In this document: one piece after another, positions 13,171 to 26,700 of the stretch
Position numbering within the stretch: position 1 is the first letter of the stretch
Layout of the letters: each line of letters starts with the position of its first letter
Assembly (NCBI RefSeq): GCF_000281045.1
Contig: NW_008246178.1
Span: 56,930-120,929, forward strand
Length of the DNA stretch: 64,000 nt
Direction of reading: 5' to 3'
Source of the DNA: Saprolegnia diclina VS20
Lineage: Eukaryota
Translations under genes and position numbers: made by a program
The notes under the pieces: generated by a model
Databases searched by the model: none
What the model saw: only the letters and a program-made list of their open reading frames with translations
What the model was told of the DNA's origin: nothing

Positions 13171-16100
13171 TTAAAACCAAGTCGACGTGGTCTTGCTGCC
13201 CTTGGCGAGGCGGCCTTGGCGGGTCCGGCGGACCGTCTCCTGCATCTCGAGCGTGTGGATGGCGGTCTCGAGGAACGGCGTGAGCTGGATCGTCTTGTCG
13301 AGGTGCCGGAAAATGCTGGGAAAGCCGCCCTTGCGCGCGAGAACGTTCCCCAACAGCCGCGCCGTCCTACTCGCAACTCTGAACCTACGAGTCGACGTCA
13401 CAGCGCACCGTCCGTTGCCGTCGTAGAACGGGTGGATGAAGAAGACGAGCGCCGCAAACGCGTAGTAGGCTGCGACCAGCGGGTGCTGAAATGGCTGGTT
13501 GAGCGTGCCAACGTAAAGCGTGAGCGCCGACGCAATCTCCTCGGCGGGCAAAAAGACGCGGTAGATGCGCTCCGAGGCGTACCCCACCGCCGCATTCTCC
13601 CGCGCCATGCCTGCTCTCAACATGAGATTCCGAGGCTCATAGCTCGCGTTGTACCGCCCGTCTCGCCCGCGGCTTCGCACACGGCGCGGTGCAGCGTGAG
13701 CACTTGGTCATATGACACGACGCTGCGCGGATCGACCAAGATCGTGTTGAGGATCGAGAGGAGCGCTGCGGTCGGCGGCGGCGTCGACGGTCTATTTGGT
13801 CGTAGCAAAGGAAGGATTGCCAGAGACGCACCGGAACGCGCCTTTGCGGTCGTGGGCACTTCCGAGCGCATCGTACACGTCGCTTAACGTAAACGGCGTC
13901 GACGAAAAGCCCTCGAACGCGCGGTTCGCGAGCTTGGCTTGGAGTCCGGACCGATCAAACTCGTCGGCGAGGAGACGCGGCAGCTACCCAGTGCGCGCGC
14001 TCAGAGTGCGCAACAATATAGACAATCGATAGAAACCTGTTCGAGCTCCCGGAGAACGGGCGACGGCACGCGCCCAAAGAGGCTCGGGGGTGGGGCGACT
14101 AGCATCATACGTGATTTACATCAATGTATCAAGGTAGAAGAACACGCACGTGGCGGCGGCGGGGCCACGGCGGCCGGTGGGGCCGGCATTTTCCCGCGGT
14201 GGATGTGACCTGCGTCTGGTGAGCCACATGATCCGCATACTAACACGCGTACCCGACACTTTGTACTTGCAGAGGATACACTCGGGCTCGTCGGATGCTG
14301 CTGCCGGAGGCTCCTCGACGACGACGACAGTGGGTGCTGGCGCCGCCGACGGATGCACGTGGCGCTGCAGCTCGTTGTAGAGGTGGTGAACCTTGGAGAA
14401 GAAGTCGCCTTCGGTCGGGCTCACGGCGGTCCAGTACGAGAGGTAGTAGAACACGTGTTGCACGAGTTGCGCCTACGCGCATCGAATGAAAGGAGAGAGC
14501 GCGTCGAGATCTTAGTACCTTAGTTGCGATCGAGGGCGTCAGGTCGTCCGGCGTGAGCTCCAGGAGCGCGCTCGAGAGCACGTCATCAAAGAGACCTTGT
14601 GTGACGAGCCCAACGAGCGACGCGAGAATGTTGACGGCCGCCTAGAACTCCGAGTCAGCGACGGCAGTCGACAGCTCGTACCCAGTGGTCTTCGCTGCTC
14701 ATGGACGTTGCGATCTTGTCAATGTAGTCAAAGAGTCGCCACGTCAGCGCCAGCGACACAACGTCGTGCAGCGCCACTACGTCCAGGTGAGAGTGCAAGG
14801 TCCATTCTCTCACAACGACGTACGTTCCTCGGCCGTCACGGAGGGATACAAGAGCTCGCCCGCGCCCGTGAGCGCACTCTCGAGCGCGTAGCAGTACTGG
14901 TACCGCGACATGCCCAAATGCGTCTCCTACATTAGCGTCTGTGGGTCGATTCCCTCGAAACAACACGTGCGCGTACGTGCTTGAGCAAGCAGAGCAGCGT
15001 GACGCCCTTGACGAGGCGCTGGATCCGCTGCACGTACGTGACGTCTTCTCCAAGACTCTACAACTGAGTTATACTTGATGGACGGAGAATCGGAGAGGGT
15101 ACCTCGTGGCTGTACCACGAGAGGACGGCGACGACGGCGAGCTTGGCGACCATTGGCACCGAGAGGAGCGACTTGAGCCCGGCCTTGCGCGCATGCGGCC
15201 CAAAAAAGAACTTGGACTGCGGCGTGTGCGTGAGGTTGGCGACCCACTCGGGCTGCTGGCCGCTACCAACTTGAAATGACGCATTGCTCGTGTTTCGCTC
15301 TACCTGTAGACACGCCCGACGTGGTCTTGACCCGGGTCCACGAGCATGAGGCCGCGTGCTTTGCGAAAGAGCAGAATCGGGTCGAGCTTGGCGCCGCCTT
15401 TGGCGTGATGGCTCCACGCCGCATGCAGCGCCGGGACCAACGTGTCACTAGATGACTCCGTCCGACCTTTCTGATACTTTAGGACAAACTGTACTTGATC
15501 ATGTCGGTGTCGTCCCCAATCGTGGGGCGGAACCAAACCGAGTGCAGAATGATCGTGCACCCGTCGCTGTCTTCGTCCTTGACCGGAATGCACGCTTCGC
15601 CAAAGCTCCACTTGGCCTACGACCGTTGAGAGAGGGCACACTGTGGCGACACTACCGCGCACACGGTGCGAAGAACGTGCTCGATGGCCGTGTCCAAGAC
15701 GCCCGGGTCCATCTGGTTCATCGCTTCGTCGTACGCGTGGCCGTGCTCGACTGCGTGGTGCGCCCGGAGGTACCTACGCCGCCCGTTGAAACCTAATTTT
15801 CGCGTGCATCTGTACCGTGCGACGTCGTGGTGGGCAAAGTACGTTGCTTCGGCGAGCGGCGAGCTGCCCCAGCGGTCGAGCGCGTTGACGTTGGCGCCGC
15901 ACTCAACGAGGTACTGGCACATGCGCAGGTTGCCTTCGCTGCTCGCCACGTGCAAAAGCGCCCTACCCACCGTCATGGAACACAAGTCGATGAGCCGGTT
16001 TTGTCTACCGTGCGTCGTAGTCTTGGACGTCGGGGTGCACGCTCTGCGGCACGAGCTCCATGAGGTACGCCACGTTCCCGCGCTTGATGGCTTCGAAGGC

Positions 16101-16941
16101 CAACGCCATTTGGTTGCCGCTCGGCAGCGGCGGCGAGGTCGATTGATGCCGCTGCCGAAGGACGTCGACGATCGCGCTGGCGTTCGCGTCGACAGCCAGC
16201 GACATGGGCGTGCGACCGACCGCGTCGGCAACGTCGACCTTGGCGCCCGCCGAGAGCAAGAGCTCGATCACGTCCAGCTGTTCGTGCTCGACCGCCACGT
16301 GCAGCGCCGTGCTATTCGGTCGTGAAGTGCAACAGATCACTGAGACGTCGTACCGGCCAAGAGCGTCAGCCACGTCGACCTTGAGGCCGTCGAGCCAGGC
16401 GCGCTTGAGGGTTTCTGTGTCGCCGGCTTGCACCTACATGCGGCGTGTGGAGATATGCGGAAGGCAGTCTTCGTACGGCGGCAAAGACGGTGTTTGGGTC
16501 GAGGACGTCGCTGCGGGCGGCAGTCGTAATCTCCTGCAAGTTGTGTGGCGAGCGCCGGCCTAGGGGCGGCCGCGCGCGGTCCGATGCGAATGGCACGTCC
16601 GACTGGAACCGCACAAACTGCGCGAGGATGCTCACGACGCTCGGGTCCTTGGCGCAGTCCAGAGGCGTCGCGCCCCACCGGTCCTTCTTGTAGACGTTGG
16701 CACCGGCCTTGAGAAGCACCTCGACGACGCTCGACTTGCCGTCGCTCGCCGCAATGTGCAGCGGTGTCCTAGCGCCGCCCATGAACGACATGTCCTGCAA
16801 CATGACGCACCGCTGGTCGTAGTCGGCGAGGTTGACGTCGGCGCCGGCGTCGATGAGCTGGAGAAGAAGGCCCGTGTCGCCCATGCCTGCGGCCCAGCAG
16901 AGGGCCGTCGTATCACGCACCATCGGCGGGACCTCGGCCAT
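13171..16941 (-). CDS. Ankyrin-repeat + GAF + Fic (Fido) domain protein, multi-exon single gene model
   Basis: Ankyrin repeats (DYDQRTPLHIAASDG, TALHVAVEH, DRWGSSPLAEA); GAF-like WSFGEACIP...PGQDHVGRVY..QQPEWVANL...AGLKSLLSVP; Fic motif HPFYDGNGRTAR after removing a 42-nt intron (13408-13367). A 51-nt GT-AG intron (14149-14099) joins the Fic exons in frame to the upstream exons. Confidence 0.75.
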
Positions 16942-17427
16942 CGTCGCGAGCAAGAGATACGGCCAATTTGCACCTTGCCTGGTTTTGTGCAAGATCCGAG
17001 CGGATTTTGACCAATCAAAACGTGCAGCGCCAGCACCGACTAAGTACCACACGTCACGATGACTAGACAATCGACTAACTGGGACGAGAACTCGAGGGAG
17101 CACGCTTCACGCTGCAATGGAAAGAGGGACACGTCCTCGGATGCAATGTATTGGTAACCCAAGAGCAGAATTACTGCATTATCTCGCGCTAGTGCCTGGA
17201 ACATGGCCCCGAGTCTGTCGACTCTGTTTAGTTAGTCGATTGTCGAGTGGGAAACGCAATCGTGTGAAACGGCAATGAGTCACCGACAGCAGCCGCAGCC
17301 GCCGGCGAACCAAGGCTCGGCGCGGAAGGACCCACCGCTGGGTATGCCGAGCATACTTCACATGCTATAGCCAAGGTACTTGGTAGGCGCTGCGCTGCGA
17401 AAGACCCGAGCGCCGAGCCGCAAGGCT

Positions 17428-19559
17428 ATGGACGCACCTCCGCCATCGTTAAGCCGCAAGCCCGACAGCACGTGCGTGTCGATGGTTGCCAATCATCGCA
17501 ATAAGCATCTTCGTAGCGTTCGCGTCATCGTGCGCACGCGGCCGCTCAACGCCGCCGAGGCCGCGCGGGGCGAAGCGCCTGTTTTGCGCTTCTCGTCCAA
17601 CAACCGGTATCCCTGGTGCATCGCAGCCTGCAATCATCCGTGTGCAGGACAGAGCTGCAGGTCGTCTCGGCCGGCGCTGGCGGCCGCGAGCTCGTGCGCA
17701 GCTTCCAGTTTGACGTGTGCGCGTCGGAAGAGGTCGCGCAGTCCGAGTTTTTCGAGCTCTCGGGCGTCACAGCGCTCTTGGACTCGGCGCTCGAGGGGTA
17801 CCTTGCGACCGTCTTTGCGTACGGCCAAACAGGGTCGGGCAAGACCTACAGGTGATAGTAGACTTCGATGTCTCGCAGCTTCAACTCCAATTTGCAGCAT
17901 GTCGGGGCTGGACGAGAAGATCGAGAAGCGCGACCGGCGGCACGAGGCATCGGACGGTCTCATTCCGCGCTCGATCCGGTACCTCTACGACGCGATCGAG
18001 GCCCAGACCAGTACGAAATACACGCTCAAAGCCTCGTACTGCGAGATCTACAACGAACAAGTGTGTTATCAACCTCTCTCGGTGTTATAACAGTTCTACA
18101 GGCCTACGACTTGCTCAACCCGGCTTCAGGCACGCTCAACATTCGCTGGAACGACCGCAATGGTTTTTACGTGCAGGTATACTTGACTCGATTCCTAGTC
18201 GCTGCGCGGACTAACGTCGACTAGAACCTACTCGTCGTGCAGTGCGACTCGATCGACGATGTTGTCGCGGTCGTCGACGAAGGCCACAAGAACCGCCGGT
18301 ACGTCCATTCCGCGGCGGTTTGTATCAATTTATATATGTATCAACATCAGCGTCGGGAGCCACGAGATGAACAAGGACTCGAGTCGGAGTCACTCGATCT
18401 TGACGCTGCTGTTGGACCAAGAGGCGGTCGATCCGACGGACGGCCACGCTGTGGGCAAATTTGGGAAAATTTCGTTCGTCGATCTCGCAGGCAGGTACGC
18501 GCCCCGCTCCTCTAACGCTGAGCGAGAATGCTCGATCTAGCGAGCGGCTCCGCGACACCAAGTCGTCGAAAACGGACGAGACGTCGAGCATCAACAAGAG
18601 TCTCATGACGTTGGGCAAGGTCATCTCGGCGCTGGGCGCCAAAGGCGGCGTCGCTGCCAACGCCACCTTTGTGCCATACCGAGACAGCAAACTCACCAAG
18701 TTGCTCATGGACTCGCTCGGCGGCCAGAGTCTCACGCTCATGGTGGCGTGCGTCTCGCCTGCGCCGTGCTTCCTCGAAGACACGCTAAGCACACTCAACT
18801 ACGCGACGCGCGCCAAGAACATCCAAAACAAGCCGACGGTCCAAACCGACCCGAAGGAGAGTCTCATCTCGGGTCTACGCCACGAAAACCAACTCTTGCG
18901 CTCGGAAAACGCCTTCTTAAAGCAGCAGCTGCACGCGCACGGCATCACGACCAGCTCCAAGTTAGGACAAGAAATCAAAGCGCCGCGACAGATCCCACCG
19001 CTACCCACCAAGCCATCGCTCCATGTCGAGGCAAATGCGCCCGAGTCGGACGCGCTCGGCGGCGTCGTCGCAGCGTACCAGAGCCAACTCATTTACCTCC
19101 AACAGGAGAACGCACAGCTACATGCCAACCAAGGCTACGCGGAGCACCGCCTTGGCAACCTCACGTAGCGCATATGAGAGACCCATCGGTGGTAGAGATC
19201 TCGGTTGTAGGCGCGAAAACGAAGCGCTTCGAGAGACTTTAGAAAAGCACCAGCAAGCCAAGCCCACCTCCCTCGCGGCCCAAGCAACGATCGACCGCTT
19301 GACGCTGGAAAACGCGCGGCTCAAGGTACACCACGCCACGTGCAATCGCGCTGAACGACGCGGTAGGCGCAGTTGCAGTCACAACAACCAAGCTCTGGCG
19401 ACCAAGATATTTTGACCCAAGTGCGCCAGATGAACCAGCGACTCGAGCACCTCCAGCAGCGCGAACAAGAGCTCATGCTCGCACTGGTACGCGTTTGCAG
19501 CATCCAGTATTTTCACATGTGCGCAGGCGAGGAAGAACCGGTCGCGCGATGCTATTTAA
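17428..19559 (+). CDS. Kinesin motor protein (N-terminal motor, KIF12/kinesin-16-like)
   Basis: VRVIVRTRP, P-loop AYGQTGSGKT, switch I NKDSSRSH, switch II DLAGSE, VPYRDSKLTKLL, coiled-coil tail. Confidence 0.92.
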
Positions 19560-20170
19560 TGCCGACGCGGGCAGTCTTCCACGCCCACGAGCTATGGCGT
19601 CCACAGAAAAACCCAAGTTCTTCGATGTGACTATGGTCTTTCAGCCGAATGACGATATAGTCTCCACCGAAAGTCCGTTTTCAAATTCTAGAGCTCCGTT
19701 ATTTGTGTCCAAATAGCATCGTACTAGTATTGCCTTCTTGCCGCCAGACGAGGACGACGCGCATCTGGTGGATGACCTCGAGGAGGCTTGGGCGTTCACA
19801 TATTCTCCATCTCGTCGTCCGGCCTACGCATCGGGTACGACCTTGCAGTGCCTGCGCGCCGACTACCTCGAGAACCAACGTTTCTAAAGCTCTGGCGCCG
19901 CGCTGAATGATGCACTCGGTCACCTAGCCTGTCGGACGCCTCCGCAGGGCAGTTGCGCCATGACGCAGAAGGGGCTCGAGGACAAAGTGCAAACCGAAGA
20001 GCGAAAGCAAGCAATACGTGGTCATGATCGTCGAAAATGGCCTGGACTTCATGCTTGTCTCAGACCTTGGTCAGATCGCCATAGCGTCGTCCGATTGGCC
20101 ACCTTTGGACCAATCAAAACGGCGTTGGTTTGTTGGCCAATGGCATCGGCGGGAGAGTGGTTCGAGAAAT

Positions 20171-22766
20171 ATGCTGGCATCCCGCGTCCAGCGCGCCCGT
20201 CGGGCGACGAGCCTTCGCTGGTTGTCCCAAGCTGCACGTGCCTACGACGTGGTCGTCATTGGCGGTGGCCACGCTGGCTGCGAAGCGGCGGCCGCAGCTG
20301 CGCGCACCGGTACACCGACCATATCATAGCCGAACTCTTGCTCATGGACTCCCAACGCAGGCGCCAAGACAGCTCTTTTGACGCAGGTACATTGCACTAC
20401 CTCGCTGCTGCGTGGCTGTTAACGCAATGCGTAGAAACTAGAGACGGTTGGCGAAATGTCGTGCAACGTACTGCAATGGAAGCGGAGAATCCAAAGCCTC
20501 AAACGTTTTGTGTAGCCCTCGATCGGTGGCGTCGGCAAGGGCACGCTCGTGCGCGAGATCGACGCTCTCGACGGGCTCATGGGCCGCATAGCCGACTCGG
20601 CCGGCATCCAATTCCGCGTACACTGCACTACGCTATAAGAAAGCTCACGCTTTGATAGATGCTGAACGCGTCGAAAGGCCCGGCGGTCCGCGGCCCGCGC
20701 GCGCAGATGGACCGCGACATCTACCGCGCCAACATGCAGGAAGCCCTTCGCGCGCAAGGTACCTTCCTACCCCGTAACGCTATTCAACACACTGCTGCAA
20801 TAGACAACTTGACCATGGTCGAGGCCGGCGCCGAAGACATTAGAATCTGTCCAGTGACGGGCAAGGTCACGGGTGTCATCACGTCGTCCGGCACAACGAT
20901 CCCCGCCTCGGCCGTCGTATGCCACTGATTCTAAAAGCAAAAAGCTCAAGCGATCTAGGTCATTACGACGGGCACCTTCCTGCGCGGCCGCATTTTCATC
21001 GGCGACAAGTCATTTCCCGCGGGGCGCAAGCTGCGCGAAGCGTACGTCGCTTTCTGGCTGGAAAGACCCAACTTTTGACATTAGAGATGGTGTCGAACCG
21101 CCGTCCGTGGGCCTCGCGCTGACGCTGGAGCGGCTCAACTTTCCTCTCGGGCGGCTCAAGACGGGCACGCCGCCGCGCATCGACGGCAGCACCATCTGCC
21201 TCGACGGTATTCAGTTGACCTTTTGTGTATCGGGGCGCCGACGTGGTACATAGGACTCGAAGCGCAGCCGAGCGACGACGTCCCGACGCCGTTTTCGTTT
21301 CTGAATGAAGGCAAGGCGCTGCCGCTCACCGACCGCTTCCTGCCCTGCCACGTCACGTACACGAACGAAGCGACCCACGCGATTGTGCGCGACAACATCA
21401 AGCTGCTTCCGCAGTACTCGGAGAACGAGGGCAAGGGTAGAAGAATTTGTGCTAACCTGCTTCCGTCGACATTGTACATAGGCATCGGGCCGCGCTACTG
21501 CCCGTCCATTGATGCCAAGGTCACTCGGTTCGCCGACCGAACGCGCCACCAGATCTGGCTCGAGCCCGAAGGTCTCAACACGGACGTGTACTACCCCAAC
21601 GGTATCCTTTCATCAATTTAACATGCTGATGATGCGCAGGTGTGAGCACGGCGCTACCGGAAGACCTCCAGATCCAGCTCATCCAGACGATCCAGGGTCT
21701 TGAGAACGCCAAGCTCGTCAAGCCGGGCTACTCGGTCGAGTACGACTTTATCGACCCGCGATCGCTGCATCACACGCTCGAGACGAAGCAGGTGCCGGGT
21801 CTCTTCCTCGCCGGCCAGATCAACGGCACCACAGGTCTGCCGCTTTGTTTCTCGATATAAACTGAATCGGTGGGTGCAGGGTACGAAGAAGCGGGTGCGC
21901 AGGGCGTCCTCGCCGGTATCAACGCCGGCCTTGCCGTGCAAGGCAAGCCCGCCTTTACGCTCGACCGCGCCGACGGCTTTATCGGCGTCCTCGTCGACGA
22001 CCTCGTGACGCTCGGCACCAAGGAGCCGTACCGCATGTTTACTTCCCGCTCCGAGTACCGCCTCCTGCTGCGCCAGGTACTGCATTGTTTTGAGGATGGA
22101 ATCTGAATTGAGATTAGGACAACTGCGACTTGCGTCTCACGGCCCGTGGCCACGCGGCGGGGTTTGTCTCGGACGCGCGCCTTGCGGTGCTGCAGGAGAA
22201 GGAGGCGCACATTGCGGACGCGTGGACGCACCTCAAGACCTTTGCGATGGACCCGCACGAGTGGTGCAAGATCGATGGGATCACCATCTCCAAGGACGGC
22301 GTCAAGCGGTCGGCGGCCGACGTCCTCGCCTTTCCCCAAGGTACGAAGATGATGGCGTCTCTCAAACTCAAACTCAACTCATAGTGTCGTGCGAGGACAT
22401 GCTCGCGATCTGGAAGACGTACAACTACCCGCACGGTAGCTCTCTCACTGGCCATCTCAGATCTAGAATTCACATCTAGACATCCACGAGAGCGTCCGGT
22501 CCCACATGAAGACCGAGTGTCTGTACCAGACGCAGCTGCGGCTCCAGGCCAAAGAGATCTCGGCGCTGCGCTCCAAGGCGCACATCAAGCTGCCGGAAGA
22601 CCTCGACTATTTCGCGCTGCCGATGCTCTCGAACGAGGAGAAGGAGAAACTGTCGGCCGCCAAGCCCACGTCGCTGCACGCTGCGAGTCGCATCTCGGGC
22701 GTGCGCTCGGCGACGCTCCTGCTCTTGTACCAATTCGTCTCGAAAACCAAAGGCGCCCAACAATAA
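20171..22766 (+). CDS. MTO1: Mitochondrial tRNA U34 5-carboxymethylaminomethyl modification enzyme (GidA/MnmG/MTO1)
   Basis: Transit-like N-terminus; [66 protein letters not shown] and [14 protein letters not shown] motifs. Confidence 0.96.
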
Positions 22767-22801
22767 AAGCAACAACTTGGTTTCAAAAACGCTTGTTCAA
22801 A

Positions 22802-23760
22802 ATGTGGGAATGGCGCATGTTCGGGACGCTCTCGGAGGCGACGCAGGAGATCCTCGACTCGCTCGCCGTGACGCTCAACGCGCTCAAAGTGAGCCACGCG
22901 ATGCTGCCCGAGAAGCGCACCGATGTCTTCATCGTGCTGCCGACACCCAACATTGGCATCAAGTTTCGCAACCTCGCGTCGTCGCCGCAGCTCGAGGTTC
23001 GCTTCGTTTGCTGTGCATTTGAATAAGCAACTATTGGTCAGATCAAGATTGCCAAGGCGATCGATGACGTCTGCGGCGCACAGACGTGGCTCAAGAAGCG
23101 GCTCCCGGCCGCGACCGTCGACATGGACTCGGACGACGCCGTGAAACAGGCGGTCGTCGGCAGCGGCATCGAGGAGCTCGAGCAAGTCGAGCTCAAGCTG
23201 CCCATGCAGCGTCTGCGTCTCCAGAAGGACCGGCACCTCTGGCGCCTCGCCATGACGTCCCAGAACGTCCAGGTATATTCCTTCTTCGCCTTTGTGAAAC
23301 AATCACGGATTTTAGGTGGAGATTTCGACGTTTGACGTGGCGCTGGACGCGCGGCCCGTGCACAAGGACGTTTACTTTACCATTTGCGTCGAGTCCAAGA
23401 GCATCGACGCGCTCGTCGAGTGCGTCGTCAAGCTCGCGCTGGGCGAGGTATGCATATTTCGACTAAACAAATCGACTAACTACAAACGAGATGCTCGAGC
23501 CGTACGCGATGCAAAACATCTTTGTCGTCGAGAGCATCAACGTCAAGACGCCGGGTGCGCGGGCGCCGCCGTCGCCCAAGAAGAAGGCAGTGATCGACCC
23601 GCCGGGCACGATGGTGCCGCCGTCCTCGTCGCCCGCGGCCATGGACCCCAAGCTCTCGCCCGTCAAGCGCAAGCTCATCTCGATCGCACCGCGGCTCCGG
23701 CTCATGGAGATGGGCTACTCGGCCTTTGTCTGCAACGTCGTGCAGGTCGCCATGCACTAA
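22802..23760 (+). CDS. Hypothetical protein, possibly CYTH/triphosphate-tunnel-like
   Basis: MWEWRMF...EKRTDVFI...GIKFRN...LEIK...KDR...TICVES pattern resembles the CYTH fold; three short introns. Confidence 0.55.
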
Positions 23761-23793
23761 AGGATTTTCAATAGAATTGGGTATAAATGGCGA

Positions 23794-26700
23794 CTAGACG
23801 TTGGTCGGTGGTGTTTCGTCGTCCGACTTGTACGCGTGCCGCAGTCGGAGCGACACAAACGAGTCGTCCTCGTCCTCGTCGCTGGGGACACCGTCGTAGC
23901 CGTCGTGGCTCTGCCGCGGCGTGTGGCTCGAGAGCGACTGGTAGCGAGAGAGGTGCCGGGCGTGGGCGCCGAGGCCTTCGTCCGCCAGCGAGAGTCGCAT
24001 GCGATCGTTGCGAAAGTTGTCGAGCGAGTCGCACGTGCCAAGAAGCACCGAGAAGAACCGGTCATACTCGGCGTGGCGGAGCATGAGGCAGCACGTGGAG
24101 AAGGGCACCTTCCCGAGTCGGTTCTTGTCCATATACCGGAAGAGAATCGAGCCGTACGGCGCGAGCTTCGACTTGTCCGTGCCGACCCACTCGGCGAGGA
24201 AGGACACGAGCTCTTCTTCGTACAAGTGGTCGATGCCATCGCCGTCGTACTTATCGAAAACAACGCGCAGCTGCTTCATGTACTCGAACTGCTCGACGAC
24301 CGCTGACCGCTTGGACGCGAGCTCGCGCAGCTGCTTGAGGCGCACGTAGCTCGGGTTGCCGATCGAGCGCGGAACCTTGTCGCCCTAAATAGTTGTTTTT
24401 GAGTTTCGAGTCGTGGATTGAGAGAGAGAGTACCTGCGTCGCGAGGTACCGAATGATGAAACCAACGTGCTCGAGGATGATGAAAGCAAACACTTGGTGC
24501 AGGATGATGTGACTCTTGTTCTCGAGGAACGCCTTGCAGCTCACGGGGTCTTTGGCCTCGGTCGCGTTGAGCGAAAAGATGGGCACCATGACCGCCACCG
24601 AGAAATCGTAGTCGCACTGGTTATAGAAGGCCTCCGAGTGGTACCTAGCACCGTAATCAGACAACACGTCCATCATACAAAACACACATGACGATAAAGA
24701 TGGCGACGATCGTAATGCCAATGATGTTGGCGTACTGCAGCGCTGTCGCCCACTCGCCAATCGACGCCTACTCAGTCGTCACATCAGAGGCGAGCTACCA
24801 CTGCATCCGTACATCACGACGCGGCATCGGTCGCCGATGGCAAAACAGCAGTCGGAACGCATCCCCACGCACCTAGTACATTCATGTAGGATGCCAAACT
24901 CAATATCAAAAGATACCTCAAAGACGTTGTTGAGAAAAGCCGGGATTGGCAGCAGCGGCCAGACGACCGAAAACATGACGACATAGGAAAACTGGATGGC
25001 CGCGTCGAGGTAGTCGAACTTGGGATCAAAGACGGGCAGCGTCGACTCGGCCACGATCTCGTACGCCGTGTGCTGGTTGTCGTCGTCCGAGCGCTCGAGG
25101 ACGGGCACGAAAAAGCGCGTGACGGCCGAGACGTCGGCCGCGAGCTTGCGCGCCGACTTGTTGTGCGTCGCGCGCTGGATGTGCTTGCGCTTGTCGCGGC
25201 GCAGCGTGCAGTTCCACGTGCTAAACCACTTGCGCATACTGAACGGCTTGCCGCGGTACTTCTTCATGAGGTACGGCACGAGCGTCTCGAGCGTCATGTT
25301 GAGAAACTGCGTCACGACGAGCGGCGTCACAAACAGCGTGTCGATCGTCAACAGCCCCGGCGTCCATGTCCACCCGCCGAGACCGACAATTTCGACCAAA
25401 AACTACCATAATTGAGTTTCACGCAAAAATATCAAGTTGATACCTTTTGGTTGATTGTGTCGCCAAATGGCAGGTAAACGAACGCGAGGAAGAGGAACCA
25501 GAAGAACCAGTTGGACCACACAAACACAAACGACCGGTGGATGAGCTAAAGACCAGTTTGAGAAGCGAGTCGTCATTCGTAAAGTCGTACCCGTGCTTCG
25601 TACTCGGATTTCTTCTCGCAGTTTTCCCACTCGACAAACTTGGCCGAGAGCCAGTTGAAAAACTCGAAAAAGATGACGTCAATGACGAGGCCGAGCGCGA
25701 TACCCTGCGCGAGGATGTACACCCACCGGTCCGACCCGATCGCCGACGTCTCTGAGTTGAAGCACGTAATGAAATACACGCAGTCGAGAAGCGACCTTTC
25801 GCTGTTCGGGTTGCTGATGAGCCGCGCGCGGCAGTCGGTGCACGTGGGCAGTTGCTTGGCGTACACATACCACTAAAACAAATTGTCATTTGAAGCTTGA
25901 GATTGGGGAATGTACCTGGATGAACGGCAGCAGCAACACGCACTGAACGATGCAGCTCACGACCACAAAGAGGCCCATGGTCGTCCGAAGCATCTCGAGC
26001 TTTCCGCGCTTCGGCGTCTTCTCCCACTGCTGCGTGAGCATGTTCTGCTCCCACGTGTACTGGTAGTTGGCGTTTTCTTCGTTGGCTTCATACACCGTCT
26101 GCTTGTACCCGCCGAGGTTCCACTTTTCGACGAGGAGCCGCGTCTCGCGCCCCCACACGTGCAGCAGAATCGGCGCCCAGATCGTCGCGATGCCAAAGCC
26201 AAAGACCGAGAGGCCAATCATGTAGATGCTCCACGACTGCGCGACAAAGTACCGGCACGTAATGTAGTAGACGGTACCGATGACCACGATGGGCACGAGT
26301 GCCTTGGTGTAAATGTGCATGAACGCAAAGAGGAACGCGATGCGCTCGCCAAAGTGCAGACGCAGCTCTAAATGCCACTTGAAAGATTGATACAAACACC
26401 GTGGGAAATACCTTCAATGGCCCAGCGCTCCGAGTTACCAGTGATCGTGCGGCCCCACTTGAATTGGAACGTCCGCTTGCGGTACATTTCGAAAAAGTCC
26501 TTGCTGAACCTATCAAGATCCACGCGTCAACGCCATATCTTGATGCCACGTGTACTTTTTGTCGTGGAGCGGGAAGACGGCGTGGATCACGTCGTCGACG
26601 GTCGGGATGCACTGGCGGTCGATCGTGGCCTCGTCCTGGTCGTAGTCGCGCAACGCGTTCCGGATAATGTTGTGCGTGAGCTGGAGCTCGAGCGCCGGCG

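Noticed and set aside
13171..14108. Stand-alone Fic gene starting at MMLVAPPP (14108)
   Set aside because: That ATG lies inside a well-formed 51-nt intron linking the Fic exons in frame to the ankyrin-GAF exons, and there is no room for a promoter. The fusion model is preferred, though unproven.
19699..20053. Short minus-strand ORFs between kinesin and MTO1
   Set aside because: No recognisable motifs or consistent splice model; likely UTR or promoter sequence.
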